This document shows, one piece after another, positions 1-12,220 of a stretch of DNA of 64,000 nt (positions are counted from its first letter, which is position 1; each line of letters opens with the position of its first letter). The DNA lies in contig OX597826.1 in NCBI GenBank assembly GCA_951406725.2, forward strand, positions 47,926,001 to 47,990,000. The letters are read 5' to 3'. The translations under genes were made by a program, and so were the position numbers. Origin of the DNA: Octopus vulgaris. Taxonomy: Eukaryota. Under the pieces are notes generated by a model. It did not search any database. It saw only the letters and a program-made list of their open reading frames with translations, and was not told the origin of the DNA.

Positions 1-15
1 GTACACACACACGCA

Positions 16-80
<65 letters not shown>

Positions 81-301
81 GGTATTCTTTTCTGTTGGCT
101 GGTTTAAAGAGAGACGAAGGAAACTCAAGAGACTCACTTGATAAACCGGTAAATTTTTATTTAATAAAAATGCCTTAATTACATAAACATGTTAATATTA
201 TGAACGTGTTCCACTTCATTATCCCCTTTATATATATAATACATTTCTTACAAACATAATCATCATAATCATCAATAACATCATCATCATCATCATCATC
301 A

Positions 302-344
<43 letters not shown>

Positions 345-508
345 CGTCGACAAAATGCTGAGGGGCATTTTGTCTTCGTTTACATTCTGAGTTCAAATTC
401 TGCCAAGGTCGACTTTGCGTTTCGTGTTTTCGGGGTCAATAAAACTAAATTCTAATAGGATACTGGGGTCGATGTAATTGATTTATCGCCTCCCCCCAAA
501 TTGCTGGT
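345..508 (+). mobile_element. SINE family A, degenerate 5'-truncated copy
   Basis: B-box GAGTTCAAATTC followed by family core GGTCGACTTTGC...TTTCGGGGTCAATAAA...TACTGGGGTCGATGTAAT; compare intact copy 8641-8871. Confidence 0.8.
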
Positions 509-825
509 CAACATTTGGTAGTTTCAGGCAGCATTATATATTCTTTTCTGTTGTTGGGAGTGTGCAGACACTTCCCGGTATTGTATTTTGTTAGTTTTCT
601 TTTTCTCTTGAATTGTGGTGCATCCTTTTGTTGTATTACTGCTTGCATTCTGTATTGAACGTGTAATGCATTGGTTATGCGGATTGCTGGTGGAAGTTTA
701 TTCCATTGGATAATTGCTGTATAGAGTGTGTCGTGTGTTTGTGGATTGCTTTGTTATGGTTGTATTATTGAATTGATAGTATCTTGCGTAGGATGTGAGC
801 TGTTCTTAAAAGGGCTATTTTTTTT
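509..825 (-). mobile_element. 3' end of R4/Dong-like (RLE) non-LTR retrotransposon
   Basis: Minus strand reads KIALLRTAHILRKILSIQ* then 3' UTR; this C-terminal motif is typical of R4-clade ORFs; abuts a (TTA)n tract. Confidence 0.7.
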
Positions 826-857
826 ATTATTATTGTTGTTATTATTATTATTATTAA

Positions 858-1067
858 AGCGGTGAACTGATAAAATTGTTAGCACCTTAGGTGAAATGCT
901 TGGCGGCATTTCGTCAATCTTCACGTTGTGAGTTCAAATTCTGCCGAGGTCGACTTTGCCTTCCATCCGTTCGGCGTCAATGAAATAACCAGTTGAACAC
1001 TAGGACCGATGTCATCAATTAGCCTCTTTCCCTCGAAGTTTCAGGCTTTGTGCCTATAGTAGAAAGG
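858..1067 (+). mobile_element. SINE family A with tail type B
   Basis: tRNA-like head, GAGTTCAAATTCTGCCGAGGTCGACTTTGCCTTCCATCC core, tail ending TGTGCCTATAGTAGAAAGG. Confidence 0.85.
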
Positions 1068-1084
1068 ATTATTATTATTATCAC

Positions 1085-1202
1085 TGAATGAGAGAGCGGT
1101 GCATGCCATCAAAGTGACACTGGGGTACAAACATACGAAGCCCATCATGACTTCCAATCGGTTAAGATCAGAAGCCATGAGAGCCACTGCCTGGTACTGC
1201 AT
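1085..1202 (-). mobile_element. Internally deleted copy of the (TAA)n-associated element at 43929-44485
   Basis: Both halves match the two termini of 43929-44485 in reverse orientation; flanked by (TTA)n. Confidence 0.8.
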
Positions 1203-1249
1203 TATTACTGTTATTATTATTATTAATTATTATTATTATTATTATTGTT

Positions 1250-1512
1250 TTTACTTTTTTTTTCTTCTTTCAAATTTGCTTCCATTTCTTGCCGAGTGTC
1301 TTCCCGACTCCTAGGGCAAAGAAACTCATAGTATACATTGGTAGGCCATTAAACCAAACTCAACAGTTCGTTCATTTTTTTTTTTTTTAAGTTAAATTAA
1401 AATACATGAGCAGCAACAGTTCTCACATCGACAATGCTCTTCTCAATACGTGTGATGTACCAGTTAAGACAATCTTTTGCACTTCTTGCAGGGATGGTAA
1501 GCCAGGGATCAT

Positions 1513-1513
<1 letters not shown>
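1250..1513 (-). mobile_element. 3' end of R4/Dong-like non-LTR retrotransposon in (TAA)n
   Basis: Minus strand reads MIPGLPSLQEVQKIVLTGTSHVLRRALSM* plus 3' UTR; (TTA)n on both sides. Confidence 0.8.
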
Positions 1514-1557
<44 letters not shown>

Positions 1558-1799
1558 GTGTTGTTGTTGTTGTTATGCGGTGGAGACAAAGTTGGAACTC
1601 TGTCCATAAGGGAAACTACAGGAAACTCATCATCATCATTTCTCTCTTGCAAGAGAGCATTTGTTTCCTCTCCACCACTAAGCTTAACATCCTTTCCATA
1701 ATCAGAGAAGTTTCTTATACCCAACACGTGTGCAGATAACTTCCTGTGGATAGACATTAGATGAAATATAATTAGTCAGTAATTAAACTAAATACTAAC

Positions 1800-1894
1800 A
1801 CACAAGCAGACGCACACATGTATACACACACACACACTCACACATACATATTTGTATGTAGGTATGAAGGTATATATATATATATGTCTATCTG

Positions 1895-1973
<79 letters not shown>

Positions 1974-2063
1974 AAAGCAGGGAGAAATGGAGATATATAT
2001 ATATATTAGTTATGTGTGTTTGAGTGTATGGTCTGTATATATGTGTGCACGTGCGTGTATATG

Positions 2064-2098
<35 letters not shown>

Positions 2099-2229
2099 AT
2101 GTATATACGTATGTATATAAATATATTATACAAAACACAGACATATATATGTATGTATATTTACATATATATATTTAGATATAAATACAAATATACCGAT
2201 ATATATATATGTACGTATGTATATGTATG

Positions 2230-2262
<33 letters not shown>

Positions 2263-2945
2263 GTGTGTGTGTGTGCGTGTCTATATATACATATATATAT
2301 ATACACACAGATATATTTACACACACGCACACACAAACAAACACACATTCACATACAGTTACACAATCCCATATACATATAACCGAATGAACATAGATTT
2401 GTAAGTATATCCCAGTAGAGAAAAAAAGCTAAACTAAGAACTTGGCTGGTGCCAATTGCATTAATTAACTTGCACACGTATCATTAATTAAAATAAAATA
2501 AGTAATGAATTTTTAAAAGATGCAAATAGAAGATCCATGCACTACTTAATCCCACCCCACTCTTTTTTGTGCTGATAATGATGATGACTTTAAGGGTGAG
2601 CACGGAGGTCCTGCTGCTGCTAATGATGGTGATGACGATGATGATGATGATGATGAGGAGGAGGAGGAGGTGGAGTAGGAGGAAGTGGCAGAGGAATAGG
2701 AGGAGACGAACAGGAGGTAGAGGTGGAAGGGGAGTAGCAAGAGCAGAGGAGAGGGAATGAGGAGGAAAGGGTGGAGGAGGGGAGGAAGGGGGAGGAGGAG
2801 GAGGAGGATGGGGGGGGAGGAGGAGAAAAGGAAGCGGGAGTAAAGGGAGGTGACAGAAGGGGATGATGACAATAATGACGACAACAACGATGACAGCCAC
2901 TGTGGTGGTGGTGATGACGACGATGACGATGATGATGAGAATGCT

Positions 2946-2976
<31 letters not shown>

Positions 2977-3269
2977 ATGACGATGAGGATGGCAATGATG
3001 ATGAAGAAGATGGTGGCAGGGTTTCCTTTAACTGAATTTTCTTTTTTTTATTGCTTTTCCTCAACAAATTCTTTGCAAAACATAATCCAAGATTCAGAAT
3101 TTACCGAAGACTAATTAATTTCTACAATTGTCTTTATTAACTTATGGAATATAAAAGAGAGGATGTTCTTTTGCACTTTCTTCCTTTCTTCCCCTTTACC
3201 AGATTTTTGGTTAATTCCTGTAACAGTATTTAATTGTTGTTAGCCATAATAAGAGCAAAAACAACCCTC

Positions 3270-3340
<71 letters not shown>

Positions 3341-3369
3341 CATCCATCTATCTATCTATCTGTTAATCG

Positions 3370-3435
<66 letters not shown>

Positions 3436-3449
3436 TTATTTATTTACCC

Positions 3450-3517
<68 letters not shown>

Positions 3518-3660
3518 GTCTATCTATTTATCTCTCTACCTATTAATTAATTTATCTGTCTGTTAATCTGTTCATTTGTATGACTGTCCATCAATCTATA
3601 TATCTTCACTTTTTCTGTCTGTCATTGTATGTCTGTCTGTCTATCTACTTATCTATCTAT
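1800..3660. repeat. Compound microsatellite field: (TA)n, (GA)n, (TG)n, (GAT/GGA)n, (TCTA)n
   Basis: Directly visible tandem di-, tri- and tetranucleotide repeats. Confidence 0.95.
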
Positions 3661-3870
3661 CTGTCTATCTTTCATCATATTGAACCGTTAATTCCCACTC
3701 ATTTTTTCCTTTCTCCATTCTTTTTTCGTTCTCTCTCCATTTTTCCCTCACGATCTTTTTTGTCAAAGGGCATAGTCTTGAAATGTCAAAGACATTTCCA
3801 TTCTTCCCAAGCGTCAAACTAGTACACCTGCTTGTTGTTCCCTCAAACGTTTATATATGAATATAACATA

Positions 3871-3907
<37 letters not shown>

Positions 3908-4069
3908 GTGCATTCGTAAATACATGCACTCACACACACTCACATTAACACACATGCAGATATCAGAAACACAGGCACATGTTGACATGGATAGTGGAAG
4001 CTGTCTCACCAACATACACCTTAATGTTTGCTTGCATGCATGCACACACACACACACACACACACATAC

Positions 4070-4930
4070 AAGCCATAAGACAAAAGTAATGTCGGGTTTA
4101 AATTTTGGTACAAGGCCAGCAAGACCAGGAAAGGTGGATAAGTCAATTACATCAACCCCAGTGTTCAACTGGTTCATATTCCTTTATCGCCCAAAGGGGG
4201 CTAAACATAGAGGGGACAAACAAAGGCAGTCAAAGGGATTAAGTCGATTACATCGACCCCTATGTGTAACTGGTACTTATTTAATCAACACTGAAAGGAT
4301 GAAAGACAAAGTCGACCTCGGCGGAATTTGAACTCAGAACGAAAACCGGTAGACGAGATACCTTTTCTACTCTAGGCACAAGGCCCAAAATTTTTTGGAG
4401 AGAGGACCAGTCGATTAGATCGACCCAGTACGCAACTGGTACTTAATTTATTGGCCCCGAAAGGATGAAACGCAAAGTCGACCTCGGCGGAATTTGAACC
4501 CAGAATGTAAAGACAAACAAAGTACTGCTAAGCGTTTCGCCCAGCATGCTAACCCTGCAACTGGTTCTTATTTTATCAACCCCAAAAGAATGAAAAGGCA
4601 AAATCGGCTTCAACAAAATTTGAACTCAGAACATAAAGAAGCAAAATTCTTAACAGCATTTTGCCTGATGCTGACAATTCTATCCGTTCAATGCCTCACT
4701 ATAGAAAAGAATACTGGTTTGAAAATTTCGCACAAGATCAGCAATTTGGGGCAAGGGACCAAGTCGATTAAAGCAACCCCAGTGCTCAACGGGTACTTAT
4801 TTTATCGACCACGAAAGGATGAAAGGCAAAGTCGATCCTGACAGCATTTGAACACGGAATATAAAGACAGACTAAATGTTGCTAAGCATTTTGCCGGCAT
4901 GACGATGGTTCTGCCAGTTCACCGCCTTAA
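4070..4930 (-). mobile_element. Tandem cluster of about five SINE family A units
   Basis: Repeated GAAAGGATGAAA...AAAGTCGACCTCGGCGGAATTTGAAC blocks with tails A and B. Confidence 0.9.
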
Positions 4931-5247
4931 ATACAAAAACGTATTATTAAAATTTTAAAAAGCTGATAAAAAATATTTCCTATAGAAGCACTCTGCATAA
5001 TGCCTGCACATAAAACCAGGTGAAGGGAGGGTTTCGAAAGAGAAGAGATGCTCATTCATACATAAGGGTGAAGCTGTTCCAAATCCAAATGTGTTTGGTC
5101 CATTATGTCTCCCCAGAGTGATATTAGAAAAGGGATAGATGTATCCAAAGGCACTCCTGGCATTACCTCAGTATGTATGGTCCTTGTTATAAGCTATACA
5201 GTAGTAGGTAATTTAAAAGGTAAAACCATGGTTTAATATATATATTT

Positions 5248-5382
5248 AAAAAATGATAAGAAATGGAGCAATAATAACAGTTTGTAAATCATTGGCGTTT
5301 TAAAGTCATCGTTATTAAATGACTTTAAAACACCAATGATCTACTTCTAACTGTTATTAGTGCTCCATTTCTTATCGTTTTA
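5248..5382. mobile_element. Palindromic MITE-like element in (TA)n
   Basis: Arms of about 60 bp (GATAAGAAATGGAGCA...TTTTAAAGTCAT and ATGACTTTAAAA...TGCTCCATTTCTTATC) around a 9 nt spacer; TA repeats on both flanks. Confidence 0.75.
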
Positions 5383-5847
5383 TATATATATCTTAATTAG
5401 CCCTATTCACGATATCATAAGTACTATTCTTTTTCTAGACGTATTGGTAATTCCAGTCTTATTTTAGTACTTGCTTCATTTCACTACTATTTACACACCT
5501 TGGTTCCCTTTGTATAGAAATAATCCATAAATATTTCCTTAGATCACTGATAGTTCATTCCTTTACCAATCGACTTCAAGCTCCAGGTTGCAAGACTCTA
5601 ATTTATTGAGCCTTCTGGCCTCATCTCGAGGCCCTGTTCTTTCCTCTTTACTCCACCCTTCGTTTATTTTATTACATGCACTTGTGCTATGAAGACGACG
5701 AATATTATTTTCGGAATTTCTTTCGAAAGCACCGACTCACATTGGGGGCGGAAACGGCTGTAAGAAATGTCGACTGATGTTGGTCAATTTGTTTCTTTGT
5801 TAATCAAAAGTTTTCTCCATTTTCTGATGATATATATATATATAGTT

Positions 5848-6005
5848 GCAGGCGTGGCTGTGTGGTAAGAAGCTTGCTTTACAATCTCATGGTTTCGGGT
5901 TCAGTCCCACTGTGCGACATCTTGGGTAAGTGTCTTCTACTTTATCCTCGGCCGACCAAAACCTTGTGAGTGAATATGGTAGATGGAAACTTAAAGTAGC
6001 CTGTC

Positions 6006-6045
<40 letters not shown>

Positions 6046-6313
6046 ATCACGTGACCGACCAGACCATCAGATGTTGTTACACATCGCTGGTCACAATGAC
6101 GCCACCCTGCTGGCTAAGCGAGCTGGCCAACAGAAGAAAGAGTGGGAGAAAGAGTGGTGAAAGAGTACAACAGGGATCACCACCCCCTGCCGGAGCCTCG
6201 TCGAGCTTTTAGGTGTTTTCGCTCAATAAACACACACAACGCCCGGTCTGGGAATCGAAACCGCGATCCTGCGACCGCGAGTCCGCTGCCCTAACCACTA
6301 CGCCATTGCGCGT

Positions 6314-6370
<57 letters not shown>

Positions 6371-6670
6371 GTATTTATTTATATAGTATTTATTTATATA
6401 GTATTTATTTATATATTTATGTGTGTGTCTTTGTTTCTGTGTTTGGTCCCTCCCACCATCACTTGACATCCGATGTTGGTATGTTTATATCTCTATAACT
6501 TAGCAGTTTGTTAAAAAAAAGACTGATAAAATAAGTACTGGGCTTACAAAGAATAATCCCTGGAGTCGATTTCTGCGACTAAAATACCATTTAAGGTGTT
6601 GATGCTCCAGCATGGTTACAGTTAAATGACTGAAATAAGTGGAAGAATAAAAGAATAAAAGAATAAAAGA
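5848..6670 (+). mobile_element. SINE family B (internal microsatellite), interrupted by a family C SINE
   Basis: Head GCAGGCGTGGCTGTGTGGTAAG...GGGTTCAGTCCCACTG at 5848-6005; 3' half at 6420-6670 ending in GAATAAAA repeats. Confidence 0.85.
6038..6316 (-). mobile_element. SINE family C, tail X
   Basis: tRNA-like head AGTGGTTAGGGCAGCGGACTCGCGGTCG...GGTTTCGATTCCC; close match to 15538-15843. Confidence 0.9.
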
Positions 6671-6675
6671 CTATA

Positions 6676-7944
6676 CAGGGGTTGAATAAAATAATGGAAT
6701 TACCTAGCATCATAGCATCATAATTTTGAAATATCTATAAAACCATCAAAAGCTTGTTTATTTTTGTTTGTTTTTTATTTATTATTAGTGTTGCTTAATA
6801 TGTTTTGCTAAAATTGCTGTTTCTTTTCAGATATCATCAGAAAAGGTAATTAAATTCATTAAAATGACAGATCTATCAGAATTTCAAAGAGGTCAATTTG
6901 TTGGTGCTCGTATGTCAGGCACTAGCGTAATGAAAACAGCTGAAATGTTTGGTATATCAAGTATGGTCTCGAAAGTAATGACAGCCTTTGAGAAAGAGGG
7001 AAAAACCTCCTCACCCGAACAAAACTCCGGAAGAAAACCAAAACTTTCAGATATGGACCATCGGACTCTTACGCGAATTGTTAGAAAGGATCACAAAAGT
7101 ACAGCTCCTAAAATTACTGCAGAGCTTAATGACCACCTCGAGAATCCAGTTTCCACAAAAACTGTTCATCAGGAGCCATAGAAAGCTTGATTTCACAGAA
7201 AGGCTGCAATCAGAAAACCACTGTTTTCAAAAACAAACATTGCAAAGCGTTTAGATTGGAGTAAAAGCTTACAGAATTGGTCCCTAGAGAAGTGGGAGGA
7301 TGTTATTTTCTCGCACGAGTCTTCTTTTATCTTATTTCCAACCACTGGCCAAGTATACGTGTGGAGACAGCCAAAAGAAGCATTTGACCCAGACTGCCTT
7401 CTTCCAACTGTTAAACATGGAGGACGATTTGTGATGATCTGGGGAGCTGTATCTTGGAAATCTGCCAGCCCAATGGTTTCTCTTCATGGCAGAATTAATA
7501 GTCAAGACTATTTAAGCATTTTATCTGATCAAATTCATCCTATGATTGCAGGAATGTTTCCGGAGGGAAACGCAATTTTTCAGGATGATAATGCATCAAT
7601 TTACACAGCTAAAGTTGTTACTGAATGGCACGAGGAACATTTTAGTGAAGTTGAACCTCTTATCTGGCCACCATAGTCCCCAGATCTCAATATTATTGAA
7701 CATTTATGGTGCATTTTAGAAAATCAAGTAAGGAGTCGATATCCTCCACCATCATCACTACAAGGACTGGAGATTGTTTGAGCTGAAGAATGGACAAAAA
7801 TTCCTTTGGAAACAATTCAAACTTTGTACAAGTCCATACCTCATAGAATTCACGCTGTAATTACTGTCAAAGTCAGTCCTACCTCATATTAAAATAAATT
7901 TGTTTGAAATTTTAAGGTGTTTCTATTATTTTGTCCAACCCCTG
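6676..7944 (+). mobile_element. Full-length inactive Tc1-type DNA transposon (1269 bp)
   Basis: Imperfect TIRs of about 24 bp (CAGGGGTTGAATAAAATAATGGAA and CAGGGGTTGGACAAAATAATAGAA); TA at 6674-6675 and 7945-7946; internal transposase. Confidence 0.95.
6864..7892 (+). pseudogene. Tc1-family transposase pseudogene, DD36E spacing
   Basis: One frame of 342 codons with in-frame stops at 7179, 7188, 7674 and 7779; motifs SGRKPKLS, VIFSHES (catalytic D to H), VKHGG..VMIWGA, FQDDNA, WPP*SPDLNIIEHLW. Confidence 0.95.
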
Positions 7945-8384
7945 TATATACTGTGAATTGGTTTGCAGACATTAGAACTTGGTACAGTCTTGTGGCTTTG
8001 TCAATTCCTATCAAACCATCTAACCCATGCCAGTATGGAAAATGGATGTTAAATGATGATGATGATGGTGGTGATGATAATGATGATGATGATATATACA
8101 TGGTGTGGGCTTAATACCAATGCCAGATGTTTGAGCAACCAAGGAATATAAGTTTGTTTTAATGATGGATTACATCTCATCAGTTGCCAAGCCTTCAGCT
8201 AGGTTATAGTTTCGCTGTAACATAGTGTGTAAGTATGTTCACATCCTTGTAACTTAGCAGTTCAACAAAAGCAACCAACAGACTATGTAATAATTTTAAG
8301 TGCTAGGCTTAAAACTATTACGTACTGTGGTCTATTCATTGGACTAAAAAAAAAATCTTCGAGGCAGTACCCCAGCATGCCGCC

Positions 8385-9185
8385 TCCTCAAAATAAGGGT
8401 AGAGGAACATCGCAAATCTGTGACACAAGGAGATATTGATAAATCGGGTATAGCTGATCATGTATGGAAAAACAGAGACCATCTCCCCCTGTGGGATGTA
8501 GTTAAAATAATAGACGGAGATGACCACTAGAAAATACGAAAACTAAAAGAAGCAGGACATATGTTAGGACACAGTAACCTCCTAAGCAGACCGAATGCAG
8601 ATATGAATAGTATATGGGAACCGGTATTAAGGAAGGATAGGGTGGCGAGCTGGCAGAAACGTTTGCACGCCGGGCGAAATGCTTAGCGGTATTTCGTCTG
8701 CCGTTACGTTGTGAGTTCAAATTCCGCCGAGGTCGACTTTGCCTTTCATCCTTTCGGGGTCGATAAATTAAGTACCAGTTACGCACTGGGGTCGATGTAA
8801 TCGACTTAAAACCTATGTCTGTCCTTGTTTGTCACCTCTGTGTTTAGCCCCTTGTGGGTAATAAAGAAACAGGTATTAAGGAAGGATAGGAAAATATTAG
8901 ATTTATACGCCCAAAAATTCGCTCCATAATTGCCCACGGACATATAGTGTAGTGGTTAAGTGCGCGGGTTACTAAGCCCAAGATTCTGAGTTCGATTCCA
9001 GGCAGTGACCTCAATATTAATAATAACAAAAATATCAAAAAATACCTTAGGAATGAGAACCCAGGTTCGAAATTTCCCCAGCCGAAACGTTGTGTTAACA
9101 ACAAACAAGATGAGGAAAAATATCCGTCAAATGTAAATAATGTAAATAGTGTACATAATTCCTCATCTCTTGAATATAGAACTGA
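8385..9185 (+). mobile_element. Penelope-like element 3' part: GIY-YIG C-terminus and pseudo-LTR, interrupted by a SINE
   Basis: 8387-8640 reads LKIRVEEHRKSVTQGDIDKSGIADHVWKNRDHLPLWDVVKIIDGDDH*KIRKLKEAGHM; non-coding part continues after 8890. Confidence 0.8.
8641..8871 (+). mobile_element. Young full-length SINE family A (tail A) with target-site duplication
   Basis: Direct repeat GGTATTAAGGAAGGATAGG at 8623-8641 and 8872-8890; A and B boxes intact; core GCCTTTCATCCTTTCGGGGTCGATAAA..AGTACC resembles the MetaSINE central domain (from recall). Confidence 0.95.
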
Positions 9186-9679
9186 AAAGATAAGGTGTCA
9201 AGCTGGCAGAATTGCTAGCGGAAGTGCTTAACAGCTTTTCATCCCTTTTTATGTTCTGAGTTAAAATTCCACTGAGGTTGACTTTGCCGTCTATCCTTTT
9301 AGAGTTGATAAAATAAGTACCAGTTGTATACTTGAGTTGATGTAATCAATTCTCACCTCACTCCAAAGCTTGCTGGTCTTGATCCAAAATTGGAAGCCAA
9401 TATTAATTTTAATATAGGGCTAATGTATAGGAACTTCTAATTAGAAATTGTCACGATCAGATCATCAAAAAAAAAATCCATTTTGAAATATGTTATTTAT
9501 TTCAGAGCAGAAAGAACAATACAGGAGGTTTTTGGTGCAATTTCTGAAAATGGCAAAAAGTAAGGGAAAGAGGAGAACAAACACTCCTCATGGATTATTA
9601 CCAAGCTGAAAACATAGTGTGAAATTGCAGAACTAAGGAAGAGGGCCAGATGGGAATGTTGCATTGAGGAATGGTTTAA

Positions 9680-10219
9680 CCATTTCATTATATTTCTTTT
9701 GAAATGCATTGACTTTGTTTCATTTAAATTTGCACTCTGCCGGTTATGAAGATGCGGGTTCCAGTCGATCTGATCAATGGAACAGCCTGCTCGTGAATTA
9801 ATATGCCAATAGCTGAATGCTCCACAGAAATGCGTACCCTTAATGTATTTCCTGGGAAGATTCAGTGCGACACAGAATGTGACATGGCTGGCCCTTTCAA
9901 ATACAGTTACTACTCATTTTTACCAGTTGAGTGGACTGGAGCAACGTAAAATAAAGTGTCTTGCTTAATGACACAATGCACCACTGGAAATCGAACTCAC
10001 AACCTTACAATCATGAGCTGATTACCCTAACCACCAAGCCACATGGAAAATAATGGAGAATTTAGTAAAATGATTGTATTATTAAGTTGATGAATGTTTG
10101 GAAGAAATAAACATAAAATTTTGATGTAAAGTTTTATAGCTTTATGTTAAATTACTTGAAAACAAGGAATTTGTACCACAGAATTAGGGACGATCTCAGG
10201 TAGGTTGGTATCAAACGGG
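9680..10219. mobile_element. Probable piggyBac-type MITE interrupted by a SINE
   Basis: TTAA-CC.. at 9676-9681 and ..GGG-TTAA at 10217-10223; weak short TIRs; SINE at 9735-10045 inside. Confidence 0.5.
9735..10045 (-). mobile_element. SINE with family D head and core, Y-like tail
   Basis: Minus strand TGGCTTGGTGGTTAGGG...GAGTTCGATTTCC head; tail resembles 54556-54720. Confidence 0.8.
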
Positions 10220-10557
10220 TTAAGCATATTAGTTAAGGGTAGAAACAGTCCATCTGACGGGTTTCCGTTGAGTAGTTAACTTAGGAAAGATGATAGCAAT
10301 GTAATTCGATCAATAATTTCCATGTACTTAAAAGAAAGATGGCTGATATCTAAACAAAAAATACCCTTATTCCTTTATCAGATTCACAGAAATGGAATGT
10401 TTTTGATGAAGCATCCTTTTTAGCTTTGATAAATGTGCCAATACATACATACATACATACACATGTGTGTGTGCATATCAAATTTTAAGATATGTGTATT
10501 ATGTCATTTTATTTCTCTTATGTGTATGATATAAAAGAATATGTTTACGTGTGTGTG

Positions 10558-10588
<31 letters not shown>

Positions 10589-11059
10589 ATATATATATGC
10601 ACACACACATACGTATATACACAATATGATTATATGATTTGTACGTTATCCAAATGATATAATATATATCATCTGGATATATTTATCATTTTATCCTTTT
10701 TAAATATAGTCAACATGTAGTATCATTTTCTCTAAACATTACATTCTTCATTCTTATCAAATATCCGGCTTATATCAAATTTACCTATAGACATACACAT
10801 ATACACACACACATATCATACACATACACTCACATACAAATATTTACAAACGTACATACATACTGACAAATATATGCATGCACCAAAATAAACACATATA
10901 GTTCATATAGACGTTAATTTAATATGGCTTCCTGCTAATATCCAAAAATTTGGACAGCTATTTTCAACAGAATTTTGCCATAGATCTTGGACCAAATTGT
11001 AAGACGGCACTGTGACAGAGGATGTCTCACTTTACTAGTGTTTTGCCTGTTGTCTCACA

Positions 11060-11300
11060 AAAAGACATTAAAATGTTACTCTAGGTCTGCAAGTTGAACT
11101 TAGCTCTGCTTTTCTGTTCATTATTGGTGCAGCAGTTTCAAAATAAGATACTTCTCAGTCAAACATAAACTGCACTATTTTTGACATATATTGTATGGTG
11201 TACTTCTGTCCAAGATACAATATGCAATGTGCTTCAACAGTGTAGTATCTCCTGTGTAACAGTGTTTGAGAAAACCTTATGTACTAGTATAATCTGGTAT
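11060..11300 (-). mobile_element. Degenerate Penelope-like GIY-YIG C-terminal fragment
   Basis: Minus strand CSLCLTEKYLILK...MNRKAELSSTCR resembles the Penelope CxLCLxEK...LNKRxELxxxCRH motif. Confidence 0.6.
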
Positions 11301-11449
11301 TAAATGTGTTTTCATTTATGTTGATACAATATACACAACTATAATCCTTTTCGTCAATCATTTAAACACTGGTTTTACAGGAGACATAAATTTGTGTTTA
11401 CACCAACTTCATTCACCTTTTCTAGATTGTGATATTAAGACAGCTTCTA

Positions 11450-11725
11450 AGATGGCAAGCTGGCAGAATAGTTAACATGCCAAGCAAAATACTTAGCAGG
11501 ATTTCCTCCATCTTTATGTTCTGGGTTCAAACTCTACCAAGCTCAACTTTGCCTTTCATCCTTTCAGAGTCGATAAGATAAGTACTAATCAAACACTGGG
11601 TTGATGTAATTGACTAACCCCTGACTCAAAATTTCTGACCTTGTGCCTACAGTACTAGTGTTGATGCAAATGATTTGTCCCCTCCCTTGAAATTACTGAT
11701 CATCTGCCAAAAATTGGAGACCAAT
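11450..11725 (+). mobile_element. SINE family A, diverged
   Basis: GCTGGCAGAA head, GGGTTCAAACTC, GCCTTTCATCCTTTCAGAGTCGATAA core. Confidence 0.8.
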
Positions 11726-12220
11726 ATTATGAAAGCTTATTATTTCATTTCAAAGACGAATTTGTAGCATAACTAATTTTATTGTGTGGGAAGTGTAATC
11801 TACAACAAGTCTTTATGGAAGTGATTATTGATTAAGGAGAGCAACTGCTTAGTTACACTGGCCACAGCTTTTCTTGCTCTATGGTGGGTTGAACCAAATT
11901 ATATATCTATGTCTTACAGAGGAATAGTTACTGTTTCCAATAAGTTATATACTGTCAAATCTTTGAAGAGGTTATGCACGAAATCTTACTTGTAATTAAG
12001 CTAGTAATTGTGTAAAGTTACTTCATTGAATTATGGCACAATTATTTGTTTGCTTATAACTGTAGGCATTTTGCTTAATAACATTTGTTGTATAGGTGGC
12101 ATCTGGGCATGTATATATACATAGATACAAACATACGTACATATATACATATATACACACACATATACATATACACGTGTATATATATATATATGTATAT
12201 ATATCTGTGTATGTGTGTGT

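Noticed and set aside
4950-5170. Stop-free minus-strand frame of about 75 codons (GNARSAFGYIYPFSN...)
   Set aside because: No recognisable domain and no convincing splice pair; compatible with chance.
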